Below are positions 1 to 16,062 of a stretch of 64,000 bases of DNA, piece by piece. The notes below the pieces were generated by a model, which saw only the letters and a program-made list of their open reading frames with translations, was not told the DNA's origin and searched no databases. Every line of letters starts with the position of its first letter. Position 1 is the first letter of the stretch. The DNA is from Amoeboaphelidium protococcarum X5 (Eukaryota > Fungi > Aphelidiomycota): contig JALDTO010000164.1 in NCBI GenBank assembly GCA_023515725.1, positions 191,642 to 255,641 of the forward strand. The letters run 5' to 3'. Made by a program: the position numbers and the translations under genes.

Positions 1-286
1 GAGTCGATCGCGGTGTTGAAACTCATCAAATAATCTTACTATATTCACATGTTTTAGAGCCTACAACAAATATTTTATTAGAGTATTAAAATATTACAAT
101 AAAGCAGTATAATCTTACTAATAGAGCCTTAATCTCTCTTTTCACCGTGTTTTGAGTGTGCTAATCAGTGAGCGGATCTTTGAAACGTTTGATCGCCACC
201 ACCTTTCCTGATTTCACACATTTGCACTTTAGGACAACACCATATCCGCCCTCACCGATAGCCTAAATCTTTTAATACTTTTCCAT
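1..286 (-). CDS. CDKL-family protein kinase, 5' part (runs out of window)
   Basis: ATG at 286 gives [37 protein letters not shown]...KREIKALL, then intron 61-118 (GTAAG...TGTAG), then ALKHVNIVRLFDEF. The Gly-rich loop and VAIKRFK match CDKL kinases. In-frame TAA/TAG read as Gln. Confidence 0.75.
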
Positions 287-460
287 TTAGTGTCAGATGG
301 TATGTGAATATATAAGATAATGTTTGTTGATAAAATGCACCTGGATAAAGGTAAAAATGCTATTATTATATCGCGTGTACTTATAAATGTCTAAAAATAT
401 GATACTCAAATTTCTATCAATCACTTTACACACACACACACATGGTACTTGGCAATATGG

Positions 461-2833
<2,373 letters not shown>

Positions 2834-3331
2834 TATGAAGATGATTTTATACTGATTACTTGGGATTCTTATTTGAGGATAATAAATTCGACGGACTTGA
2901 ATAATTGCTTACTAAATAGCACTCCCAAAGAAGAATTTTACCCCTCACAATGAGGGCAATGATAGCCGCGTTTGATTAGCTTCAATTGTACCCCTTGTTG
3001 TGGAAATGGTTGATCTATCATTGCGCTATTGCTATAGTAAAAGAATTAAATAAATTTTTAACTGTAATAAGAAACTTGTGTCAAGTCCAATCTAATACGC
3101 GTCAAATACACCCTTTCCAAATCTAAAAAAGGTGCATATATATATACTATATAGATGGTAAATTGAGCTGATCATCATCAATCAAAAAAATGTAAAACTG
3201 ATTTGTTTCATGTTGCTAAGGTATCAAACTTAAAGGCTGATTTCGACTTCCTGCTCACACTCTTGTAGAAGAAATTTGATGTATATACCAAGGACCTTTA
3301 GTTGAAACAGAGAACAGTTTCCAAGATTATA

Positions 3332-4267
3332 ATGTCGCTACTTACTATCAATCCGAAAGAGTTGCCGCTAGATCTGTAATAAGCCCGAACTGCGATTGTG
3401 GGGATCTCAGTCGTTGTCACATGTGTAGTCCATCTGATTAGCATCAATCTATTTGTGCAGTATAAAACCAACTTTAACATATTTGTTGCGTCTACATACT
3501 ATTTTGGTATCTTGGCCGCTGTAGCTAAATTATTTTATGAGCTGGATCCTTACAATTAGGAGAAGGCTACTAATATTGGTGAAGTTGCTTTGGCTGTGGC
3601 AATGTCTCTCCATGAGACTCTAGTTGTTTATAGATTCACGATATTGAGCGCTAACAAGTTCAAGATCAGCAGATTAAGCAGACCTATCTGGGCATCTATA
3701 TGGATCGCTTGCTTATACAGAATTATAGCAGAGTTTTTGCCCAAGGAAGGTGGGTTCATTGTGGCCAAGATCATAGCCTCATATCTGTTCTACGCTTACA
3801 TTGTGATCATGGATATTGTGCTCTCCATGATATCGTTTAAACTGATCTATGAGATCAAAAAGAATTTACTGATGGGAACTCCCGATACGCGAGCTCTTGC
3901 TCTTGTGCGCAGTGTTCAGAGATTGATAGGAAGTGAGATAGTGATTGCTTTAACCGCCCTCTTTCTCAACCTCCCTTTATCTGATGATCCCAAAGAGCCT
4001 ATCAACGCGCTTGTCAAACCACTGACAGACTTTTGTATCTACTTGGCTGGTTACTGCGCGCTTGTCTATGCCGCATCTCTCATGAAGTTGATCACTCTGA
4101 GGCCTCATTTAAAGAATGATCCGTCGATGCTCTCACCTCAAGGATAGGCAGCGATCAAGGATTCCATCAAGGCCAGTAGTAGGATGGCATTAGAAGATGC
4201 AGCGGTGAAGGATTCATAAAAAGTACTTCCAGTGCAATCGGAGTTAGGAACCACCAAAATATTATGA
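3332..4267 (+). CDS. Orphan multi-pass (about 7 TM) membrane protein, GPCR-like topology, 311 aa
   Basis: ATG 3332 to TGA 4265-4267 in the frame of track ORF 3590..4147. About seven hydrophobic segments and a hydrophilic C-terminal tail. Confidence 0.7.
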
Positions 4268-4387
4268 ATTTCTGTTTATCGGCCTCTATTGAGCGTTTCA
4301 ATTTTTAGACTCTCCTTCTCGACGACTTATCGCGTTTACTTCAACTTTTACATTAGCTGGCACTCTGTAAATTAATAGCCCCCATAA

Positions 4388-5179
4388 ATGACTCAGTCCA
4401 CTGCTATGAGCGGTTCAGCATAAAAAATACGGTATGAAATGCATCTTTATAGTGAATTCTATATGACTCTATACAGTATGTAGGCACGAATGGTATCAAA
4501 ACGATTCTCAAGTCGTGATATCAGTATTTGCTAAAAAATGTAAAGATGATCAAGTGAAGGTGGAATTTCAACCCAAAGCTGTAATTGTTTTATATTCTCA
4601 TTTGGATTAATTGTTACAAAACGATTATTGCTTGGTTTGTAGCTCACAGTGACTATTAAACTGCCTGAATCTGAATATGTGCTTGATCTGGAGCCTCTCG
4701 CCCATGAAGTTGTGCCTGAAGAATCCTCTTACACCATCATGCAGACTAAAGTTGAGATCAAACTGAAGAAGTAGTAAATTGGAATTAGTTGGGGATAGCT
4801 AGAGGGGGAAGACGTGCCCACCGTGATGGGTAAGTTTGATGCATTTTGTATTTCGCATATCTAATACTGTACGAACATTGTTGTAGCCTCAGTCAGCAAT
4901 GATAAACCACCCGCTTATCCATCGTCGTCCAAAAAACACGTCGACTGGTCCAGCGTGGAGAAATCTGTTGAAGAGGAAAAGCCGGAGGGAGAGCAGGCGC
5001 TGAATGCTCTATTTCAGAAGATTTATAAGGACGGCAACGACGAGGTGCGACGTGCGATGGTAAAGAGTTTCACTGAGAGTGGAGGCACCACACTGAGTAC
5101 TAACTGGAATGAAATTGGCAAAGAGTCGACACCCATTCGACCACCTGATGGAGTCGAGGCACGTAAATGGGAAACTTGA
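4388..5179 (+). CDS. SGT1: SGT1 Hsp90 co-chaperone (CS + SGS domains, no TPR)
   Basis: CS domain KIRHEWYQND...KVEIKLKK and SGS domain LFQKIYKDGNDEVRRAMVKSFTESGGTTLSTNW. Introns 4432-4483, 4581-4642, 4830-4886. Confidence 0.92.
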
Positions 5180-5274
5180 ATCTTTCGGAATAATTGTTAA
5201 CTTCGTCTGTTTACCTCATTATCTCAATGTCCAAATCCTTGTTAATCTTCCATACTCTCCAATGTCTTAATATC

Positions 5275-7925
5275 TCAGCCTTATTTCTTCATCTGAGTGA
5301 TTAGATCGACGCGTAGTTCTTTCAAATGCTATATCAGCTCTTCTTAACTATACAGGTTGGACTTTTGAATGTTCTGCAAATGGGATGCCAACTTATTCGC
5401 AATGTTTCTTCTTGAACCTTTGGTGGCCTTTGAGCACTACTTCAAATACTGCAACTATTTGCTTACCTGATCCGACACAACTTACGCCATATCGATAACC
5501 CCTGGAGGAAACTGTTCCATTATAGCCAGTTTGATTCCGTAAGAGGTGACTTCATTGGAACCAGCGTGCACCGAATAAGTGTAGCGTACTGAGGAGTCCG
5601 ATACTTCAGTTTGGGCACCAGCTTGATCATCAGCTTCCACCTGCAAATGTAAATTCACCACATTCGAATAAATTTCCAGCATATGAGCCAATTCGGCAAA
5701 ATGAGTGACAAAGAAAGTCGTACATTTCGACTGTAACAGGTACTCACTCATTGCGAAAGACAGAGACAATCCATCAGTCTGAGATGTCCCACGACCAAGT
5801 TCATCGATAATTATCAAACTTTCATCACCGACATTATCCAATATGTATGCCATATCACGCATCTCAGTCATGAAAGTACTCAAGTTTGATTCGGGTTCAT
5901 CGACAAAGCCCAATCTGGTGAACACAGACTTAAAGATAGGAATGCTTGCTTGCTTACACGGAATGAAAGAGCCCATATGTGCCATGATGACCAACAGAGC
6001 AACTTGTCTCAAGTACGTGGACTTGCCGCTCATGTTGATACCAGTTATCAGCTGGAAATTACCGCCAGGAAAGGCAAAAATATCGTTAGGGATAACACCA
6101 ACTTGACACTTGCTTTTAATCGGGTGATATCCTTCATTAATAGATAAAAGGCCTCCAAATGACGGACAAACGGCATATGGGGCAATTAAAGCATACTGAG
6201 CGAGACTCAAGAGATAATCCAACTATGCCACAGATTCAGAAACTTTGTACAAAACGCCTAAGTGTTCAGAAATAGTCTCAACTAGCAGTTTCAACTTTGC
6301 ATTGCTTTGACCATAAATTTCATTAACAATATTGACCAACTTCACATTCAATCGGGTCATTTCCATTGTAGTAATCTCAACCAGGGACTTCTTTTTCTAA
6401 ACCACGTTAGTGAAGATGCCTGGTAAATTAGATTTGCCATTTCTTGACATCACACATGGACTTTATGAAGATAAGAAATACTATCCCTTGGCAGCATTAA
6501 ATTGTAACTTGAGCTCAAAATCATTCTCAAACTGCGATTAATACATTTTGAACACTTCTTGGATTCTAGCTGTGACTGCTTCATACTATAAACGCATCCT
6601 GTGCAACAAAGAATCAGGTCCCGCCTAAATACAATGTAATTTCTGACTATAGCTCAATTTAACATTTGTATTTATTCCTGTATCGAAGATGATAACGCGT
6701 TCGATTTGCGATACTACATTCTTAACATCAGCGCTGTGCAAATCTTGAGCCAACTACATAATGAGTGGATTCGACACGCCCTACAGCAGAAGTTATCCGA
6801 TTTGCTCACATAGGCGCAGCGAATAATACAGCTCTAGGGACCGTTGAAGTGGACCTTGTTAAACAGATCCATCATGCAGTTGAAGACCTGAAAAGTAGCA
6901 TTAGAGGCTATCCAAGTCAGGAAACTATTTGAGAATACTTTGCAGTTGATTTACCAGGGGTGGATTAGATTTCAGAGCCTCGATACTCGACTGCCATCCT
7001 TCCAGCAATTATTAGTCAGTGGATGGTTGTAAAATGTTGTAACGCAGAAGTCTGTATCCCATCTTGGTGCTGATAGACTCGAAAAGCCCGATCATTGAAT
7101 TTTTACTTCCTCCATCGATAGTGTTGGCGACTAACTCCAGGTAGTACGCAGAATGGAAATCGATCAGCAAAGTCTTTTACAAATTGTGATACTTTACATT
7201 GACACTATTCGGACGGATTGAAGCTGCATTACTCACGGAATATCTACATACGCTAATATAGCAATATGGAAATGGACATAAATAATTAAATAACCAACCT
7301 GAATAGAGCTGATAGCGCGGCTTGCGCGTAAACTTTATCCACAAGCAAGGCAGAAACCATGTTACTATCATTTGCAAATCGCTTCAACAAAGCCAAACCT
7401 TCATCTTAATCATAAGCTTGATGATGAGCAGGTACCAACTTAATGTACGGAAACTTTTGCTGCACAGTTTCAATTAGGTACGCGTAATCAATCTCGGCAG
7501 ATTTAGATGGGAGAACCAACTACAATAAAAGAAGTGTGAACTTACGCGACAAGGTGAAACGAGACTTACCTCTTCCGGCTGAAACAGATTTATTTACTGC
7601 AACGTTCTGCTGAACGTTAGATTATCAGTAAACTACACATCATCATTTAATGTTTTGTTTGCATGCATAATGATATATAGTTTCAACTTACCTCACTCAT
7701 GTGCAGTTGAATACCATTGCCTTCAGACATGACACATGCTCCAATAATCTTCTGCTTTACATTGTACTCACCAAGGCACATGAAATTACGCGTGTTTGCA
7801 GATCCAGCAGATATACTGGTTCCAGGTCGACTTGTATTCGACGTCTTTGGTCTTGATACTTTACTAACATCACGCGTAGTAGAAGAGTTTGGATTGTACT
7901 CCAGACTTGATACAGATTTGGACAT
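5275..7925 (-). CDS. MSH4: Meiotic MutS homolog 4
   Basis: MutS ATPase motifs GINMSGKSTYLRQVAL, STFMTEM, IDELGRGT, THF, and YSNVVNLHLQV as in MSH4. S/T-rich N-terminus with RPGTS. Short introns near the 5' end, boundaries not fully resolved. TGA 5275-5277. Confidence 0.85.
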
Positions 7926-8000
7926 GTTTATTGGAGGGTACGTGCAAGTACAAATGAACTTTACGTGAAAGAGAAGACACGACAGTTTTAAAACAAAGAG

Positions 8001-8011
8001 ATCTGAAACAG
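8001..8011 (-). promoter_or_regulatory. Candidate cis-element CTGTTTCAGAT upstream of MSH4
   Basis: The identical 11-mer occurs in the same sense orientation upstream of Aurora and ROD. Confidence 0.35.
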
Positions 8012-8095
8012 AATGTTCAGATCCATCACTAAATTAATTATATTCCATCAACATCAATCGTCACTAATAATCATCATGGGATAAAAACTCTAGAC

Positions 8096-8987
8096 TCAAG
8101 CCACTACTGGCGGAGTCTACACAACTTCAACAGGCAAAACGGTCAACGCTGGAGGCGTTGCACCAGGAATGATGGTCACAGAGATAGTGCCGTTGCTAGC
8201 TGCTCCAGGTTAGACAATTTCAAAGAGGTCAGAGACACCGGTAACAGGGGAAGTGCCATTTTTAAATGTGACTACGGCACGTAGCTAGTATCCAGTACTT
8301 GATCTGAACTCATAAGGAACCTGCCAATCATAAGCAACGTTCTTCTACGTAACAGGGATACCGGATGCAATCTGGTACGGATTAGGAATGACGCCAGTCT
8401 TGGTGTCAGAGACAAACAGGGAGGCAACAGCATCGGTGATATCACCCTAGACAGTGAAACGCACAATACGGAACTGACCACCAACAAACTTTGTACCATT
8501 ATTAGGGAAGGCAAACTTTACAGATGAGGTGTTGGTCTTGACAATGGTGAACGGCTGAGTCTTTGAGGCAACCATGTTCGGACGGTTAGGAAACAGACGA
8601 TTAGGTCTGACATAGATTCTGTAATCAGTGTTGCTGTCCAGATCATATGGCACGGTGAAAGTGTACGCAAATTTATCGAAAGGATAGTTTTGCACCAGAG
8701 GTCTGATGAAAGACGAGTCATTTGCACGGTGTATTGAGATGTTCACAGTACGAGGCACAGGAGGTGGAGGTATGAAAGCTTGTCTCCATACCACAGTTCG
8801 CACATCACCAGTGAACCAGACATCACCAGGCTTTGGATTGAATATTCTCAAGCGGTAAAAGTACTCTACACAACACAATAGTTTATAGTAGGAGATAAAA
8901 ACTCATAATGGAACAAAACTTACTTGCTTCAGCTACCGCTACAATGATAGCAATGATTGACACAACTTAAAGTAAATAATGCACCAT
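8096..8987 (-). CDS. Secreted protein with two tandem Ig-like (Kre9/KNH-N-like) beta domains
   Basis: Signal peptide MVHYLLQVVSIIAIIVAVAEA and one intron. Two repeats of pattern P..G....G....V.W/F...Y.W/F.VP......Y......S..F.I, then a P/T/V-rich tail. TGA 8096-8098. Confidence 0.72.
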
Positions 8988-9398
8988 GATAGTTGTTTCA
9001 AAGTACAGTCACTAATTCACTATAATTGATTATGAAATAAATCGAGGAGAGTGAGAATTAACAAGAGAAAGGGAAACAGAGACTTGGCGCTGGCTGGATT
9101 CGACGTTCCATCAGAATCCCATTGTTTGTCAGTTGAAACGGCGTGCCGTTGTTTGTCCACTCACTCCACACATGAATTTCGTCATATTTCTTGGCATTTG
9201 TGATCAAACAATATTCGCCTCAGATCGATGGAATAAATTGTTGTTGATGGAAAGTTGAAGCATAATTTGAGTATTATTTAAGACAACCCGTATGTTACTT
9301 TGATTTAAACAATTCTTACGTGCTTAGACAGGAGCAAGTATACTCTTCCAGCCATGTATTTCCTAATCAATAGTATCGCGTGACGTTCTTTAAATTTT

Positions 9399-9409
9399 CT
9401 GTTTCAGAT
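9399..9409 (+). promoter_or_regulatory. Candidate cis-element CTGTTTCAGAT upstream of Aurora kinase
   Basis: About 90 nt upstream of ATG 9496. Same 11-mer as at MSH4 and ROD. Confidence 0.35.
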
Positions 9410-9495
9410 TTTGTTTCAATTTTGCGTCTCTCTCAGCCAGTGTTGCCCACTAATTTGTACGTGAGTATTATAACACAACTTAAGCATTAAGCATT

Positions 9496-10550
9496 ATGCC
9501 TGGTTAGAAGGTATGTTTTCACTTAAAAATATTTTTAATGTCAACTTCTTGCTTACGGTGACATGTAGGAAAACTTTATGCCACCTCCTGTTGGAGTTCC
9601 TTCTAGGAAGGGCGCTGCTAACGCCAAGGTTGGACAGCCGCAAACTTCATCTCCGTAAGAGGACCCTCAGAAAGAGAACATTAAGCAGTTCTCATTAAAA
9701 GATTTTGATATTGGCCGTCCACTGGGTCGTGGTAAATTTGGACATGTGTACTTGGCAAGGGAGAAAACGTCAGGCTACATTGTTGCTCTCAAAGTACTGT
9801 TCAAGTAGGAGCTCATTGACAACAACGTTGAGAAACAGCTGAGACGTGAAATTGAAATTTAATCGCACTTGAGGTAAATTTTACTTTAATTTATACCATC
9901 GGTACTATATATTAGTTTGTTCTGCGGGTAGACATCCTAATATTTTGAGATTGTATGGGTACTTTTATGATTCTGAGCGTGTGTACTTGATCTTGGAATT
10001 TGCGGCTCAAGGTGAGTTGTACAAGATTCTACGTAAGGTGAGAAGATTCCCTGAGCCAACTGCTGCAAAGTACATTGCACAAATGGCCAGTGCTTTGGTC
10101 TATCTGCATTCCAAGCACATCATTCACCGTGATATCAAGCCGGAGAATCTGTTGCTCGGTCTAAATGGAGAATTGAAGGTGTCTGATTTCGGGTGGTCTG
10201 TACATGCTCCTTCAAACAGACGCGGTACTCTATGTGGTACTTTAGATTACCTGCCTCCTGAGATGATTGAAGGCCACAAGCACACGCAGTAAGTTGATTT
10301 ATGGTCTCTCGGTGTGTTGTGCTATGAGTTTTTGGTTGGATCTCCACCATTTGAGGAGTCCGGTGCTAAGGAGACATATAAACGTATCACCCAGGTGGAC
10401 ATTAGATTTCCATCCACAGTAAGTCCTGAGGCGAGAGATTTGATTTCTAAGCTATTGCGCCATGATCCACCTGATCGTATCCCATTGGAAGAAGTGCTGA
10501 AGCATCCATGGATTGTCAAATATAGCAAGAAAGATGACGATGAAGAATGA
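9496..10550 (+). CDS. IPL1: Aurora kinase
   Basis: [39 protein letters not shown] (Q=TAA), [34 protein letters not shown]. Two introns, with an N-terminal KEN box spanning intron 1. Confidence 0.95.
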
Positions 10551-10595
10551 TAAGAACTGTATATATGAAAATTCAATGTATTGCATAAAGACTAT

Positions 10596-11246
10596 TCAAC
10601 ATGCACAAGAACCATCGTCATCCTGTTAAGCATTAGTGTTAATGCGAAGAGTCTCTCTAACTTTTGCGTCCCAAACCTTTGGATTTTCTAAAATCTTGAG
10701 ACACAGCTCATCAAATGCCTACTATACACCCACTTTGGTTTTAGCACTACACTCTAAGAATAGAGCACCGTGATTCTTGGCTGCCTCCAGGCCTTCTTCA
10801 CGACTCACCACACGTTCTGCATCTCGATCAATCTTATTCCCCACAATCATTTTAATGTTTGATGCATTCGGAGATGAAAATGTTTCCAGCTCAGGTAGCC
10901 ACGTATCCCAGAGAGCATCAAAAGATTCCCGATTAGTGACATCGTATACAAGAATCACTCCATGAGCGCCGCGATAATAAGAGGAGGTGAGCGTCCTAAA
11001 TCGCTCTTAACCGGCTGTATCCCAGAGAGTCAGTTTAATCTTATTACTCGCACCAGTTTATTGAGATTGAGCTGGAACATTCCAAAACTTGACTTTAAAA
11101 TCCACACCAATTGTGGCTGACATTTCATCCTCAAGAAATGTATCATTTGTAAATCTGAGGAGCAGCGATGACTTTCCAGTACCAGAGCTGCCAATAAGCA
11201 GTATTTTAAATGTAGTTATACTCTCTTCGCTGTCTCCACCACTCAT
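10596..11246 (-). CDS. RAB18: Rab GTPase Rab18, intronless
   Basis: [46 protein letters not shown] (Q=TAA), NKID, ECSAK, and a C-terminal CAC prenylation motif before TGA. Confidence 0.93.
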
Positions 11247-11461
11247 TATATCTAGTTTAATTGCTAAGGAAGTAATCGATGTCTCGCTGTATCGCGCTCG
11301 AAGTTTCCTCTAGAGGCAGGAAATTAAAAGACGAGCTGCGCGTTCACTAAAAGCAAAAACAGTAGGTGTCGTACAGGGGACTCCTTTATCGATAACGTGA
11401 CTCATTCGATGAAAGTGCAAAAGCTGAATAGAAAAATACAATCGCCTTGACAATGTCAGAT

Positions 11462-12244
<783 letters not shown>

Positions 12245-13387
12245 ATTGAATGATGTTCTGTGTTAAAGTTTAAAGGCGTATGAATTGAGAAAGAAAGGTT
12301 GAAGACGCGGAACGATGAAAAGGCTCATTAAAAATACAGGGAGAGAACGATAATATAAACATGAGACTGGATTTCCTGTTATATACGGCATAGCGTTCAT
12401 GATTTTATTAAAAAATCAACGCTTCACACTTTTGCCAGGCTATCACTGTCCCCAATTCGTGCATCTGTCAATTCTCCACAACTTTGAGTCTCTGCTCCCC
12501 TGTTGAATTGATCTTTGCTAAATTGAAACAAGAAACACGCCGATCGTAATGCAGCACTGCACTTTACGCGTCAATTGACCAAAGAAACAGGTGATAAGCT
12601 AAATAGCGTTATGATAAAACCATTACTATTAAATTACATCAATTAGTCACTTCTTAATAGCAGATTTTATTTCCTCCATTTAAGTAGCCAACCCTCGTAT
12701 CATTTTTAAAGTAATTTTACGTTCAAATCGAGCTTTTTCATCTAACAAACTCAACTTTTCAACTTGTAAAATCAAGCTAGGATTAAATTTTGCTGCTTTT
12801 AAATTGAGCCTGCTCTTTCATCAGCTTCATTTCATTTACAAGAACCGTATTACTCGATCACTTAGTTAATCAATCGATTGGCGATTGTTCATCGGCCTTG
12901 ATATGTATGACAGGCTTCATAAAGTATAATATATCGTCTGAACATTAGGCAGAATTTGTAGAAGCAAGATTATTGCAAGTACTCAAAATGTACGTGCTGT
13001 TCACAGCAGTTTAACACGGATCTATAGGAAGACTGACGGTTTGTAAGTATATGAGCTTTATTATTATTACTATGACTCAGACATAAACACCACCACGTCA
13101 TGACACATTGCAGACACTCAAGAACAAAAACCTTTAAATAAGTTTCTGAATGCATTTTCGGATTGTTGGAGCTGAAACAAGATTCGACCCGGTCGACCAA
13201 CGATAGCTTCACCTCGAAAGATTGGATTTGAAACAATACATCTATTACTGACCTGCGGAAGAAAGATTTGAAGTCGCTAGACAGGACCATATATTTATCA
13301 TGAATGAAAATTACAAAAATGGAACTTCAATACTTGATATAAAAGCAACATTAAATCCAATGTAATGTATATAACAACTGTTCAAGT

Positions 13388-14675
13388 TCAAACGCGAGGC
13401 TTTTTGAATGTCTGATCGTTCTGAAATCCTGACTGAGGACGCATGGAGATATTCTACATTTACCTTGCATTTTATACATCAAATTCTATATAAGAATATA
13501 CTAAAATACCGTGTTCGATGCAGATGGTATAGAATTCAGAATCTGCAGACACGATTCAGATTTGTTGGCACGCTTGCCGGTATCCTCTGCGCCTCTAAGA
13601 ATATCACGTCCATGCGATGGTTGGTGCACTAAAGTACGATTAGTGGTAGCTCCGATATTAATGTCGATACTTGGTGATACATTTTGCATTGACGCATCAC
13701 AGGCTTACAACATTTCTTCATCCATCCCAACTACACACACATAATGATTCATTTTAATTACTTTCTGAACATTAATAAATGACATACCTTCCCACGCGTC
13801 TTCAGGTACATCAATGAAACTAGCATCTCCTGCTGATGCTGAATTTTAAGTCTCTTTCAGCTGAGATATAGTTGAAACATTTGCTAAGCCTGTTGGAGCA
13901 TTGTGAATTTTATTACTAATGTGTGCATGGGGGTTTACGCGACTTTCAACATAAGCAAATTCAGTGTCTGGATTCAGCAAACTCATCTAGGAACGCTACA
14001 TATTAGACCAGCAATACTATAGTAGTCAGAAAGATCAATACATTACGTACCATTTGTGGCTTGTGAATATTCTAGATGTATGTCTTGTCGTAGAGGCAGT
14101 TACCAAGAGCATTTCCGAATAATCTCAGACACCGTTTCAGACTATCCGTCACGGCCTCCTTCTTGGCTTTCTAATAAGCGTCTCCCTTGGCTTTACAATT
14201 GACAATAGATCCATATCCAACATCCTACCTCTCATAATACGATCAATTTTCAGGAAAATGAAGTAAAACAGAATTAGTACCTCTTTATAAGTGCCATCCT
14301 TAAGAGTGACTCTGGTCGTGCAACTGACGCCAAGTGAAACGCGTCCATTCACTTCGTCACAAAAGTCAACCTGCAAGTCCACAATCCTTGTTGACCATCC
14401 GTTGAACCCAAAAATTTTATTAGCCAACTCTATTGCTCTATTTCCCTCAAGATAGTTGATTCTCACTACATATATTCATACTCACTATCAAAATACAGTC
14501 CACTAAAACACGAAGACATCTTACTTCCAGCAGCACCCTGTCTTGTACTCACATAGCCGAGTCCAAGTTATCTCTCCAAAAGTGAGGACACATGGCTTTC
14601 TTGGTCACGAGAAAAAGCGCATTGACCAAAATATGCACCTTCTGCCCGTGAACTTTACTGACTGTCTTTAGTCAT
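13388..14675 (-). CDS. RAD52: DNA repair/recombination protein Rad52
   Basis: [55 protein letters not shown]. Several ~55 nt introns. The inferred last exon ends KKPRV-TGA. Confidence 0.88.
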
Positions 14676-14858
14676 TTTATCGTATTAATATAGTATAAAA
14701 TGAAAATGTATTATTCAAAATTTGAAGTCTTTCTGTGTAGAAAAGAAAAAGATGAAACATGTAAAAACGCGTTCCGACAATACATTTAGAAACGGCCGTT
14801 AAAAAAAATATTTTCTATTTCCATCAACTTTGGCGTTTTTAGCTTTAAAACAATCACA

Positions 14859-15902
14859 ATGGATTTGATACACGTTCCACCTGCGCGTAATGATATTGCA
14901 TTCTGTTACATGACAGATGGTGTAGAGATATTGGTAGTTGCTTTATAAAATATGGAAATCAAGAATAGTATCAGGATTCCGGCCGGTCAAACTGTCTGCT
15001 GTTTTACTAGTCACCTTGATTAAATTTACATTGCGATAGGCGACAGTGTTTATGTATATGATGGTATTGATAATCAATTGAGAGATGCCTCTATAAATTG
15101 TATTGAGAGTTCTAATGGTAGGGATATGGAAATAGCTGCAATGTGCGCGCTTGATTCTGGACATTTAGTAGTCGGAATGGATGATGGATCAATAAGGTGC
15201 TATTCACCACACATGAATTTGACACGCTCATAGTTAGTTGTAGACTAGACTCATATCGAATTGCCTCGTCATTCTGGGACGCGTCTCAAACTTAAATCTT
15301 CTTAATGTCATAATCCTCTACTTACAGCTATATGTGCTATGCCTGGAACAGCTGATCAATTTCTGAGCTGTGGATTCGATTAGACTATTCGATAATGGCG
15401 AATTGTAGGTAATTCTGTACAGTTAATTGATTCAGTCTCCATCCAGGAGAATAATAGTATATAGGATTAGTATTTCCATAATCCACCGTATTTGTATTGC
15501 ATGGATTCGCGTCATGGCATGGTGGCTGTTGGAGATGGTTAGAGCCGTGTTCGAATCTTCAAATAATTGTAGAAGTTCTCCAAGTTTAGCAAATGGACAT
15601 TAGAGCATTTAATTGACTGCAGAAGCGACATGATAGTTGTAGTGAGATTCTTATCAGATCGGCATGTATTGATAGCTACTAATGCTGGATAACTATTTCA
15701 TTTCGCTATAACGCGAAAGCAATTAGTTGCAATTGATTATTTGAACTCTATGTCTTCGGCAACGCTAATAGAACGTCCTGTAGATTAGACAACGCCTCTG
15801 CAATACAAGATAAATGACTGTACTTATAGTGCGGAATGTAAATGTGTCCTTATTGCAACGACAACTGCGAATGAGATTATAAAGATTCCACTCTCTCTTT
15901 GA
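14859..15902 (+). CDS. WD40-repeat protein (WDR53-like), 347 aa
   Basis: Single frame ATG 14859 to TGA 15900-15902, absent from the ORF track. WD-like motifs LVVGMDDGSIRCY and FLSCGFDQTIRQW, plus an NPPYLYCM motif reminiscent of WDR53. Confidence 0.68.
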
Positions 15903-16062
15903 CGTAAATAGATGATGAATTAAGTAAAAAATTTATAACAAAGATGTTTTCAGGATAGTAACAAAGTTTATTTCCTCAACAGTAGTAGCAGCAGCAATCG
16001 CAGGGACATCGATAACATCACAATCTTAGGAGTGAAGTGACCGTGTTACAATATCTTCTTGT

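Noticed and set aside
12400-13300. Possible gene (minus ORF 12889-13290 and a fragment near 12650-12790)
   Set aside because: There are no recognisable motifs and I could not build a consistent exon chain.
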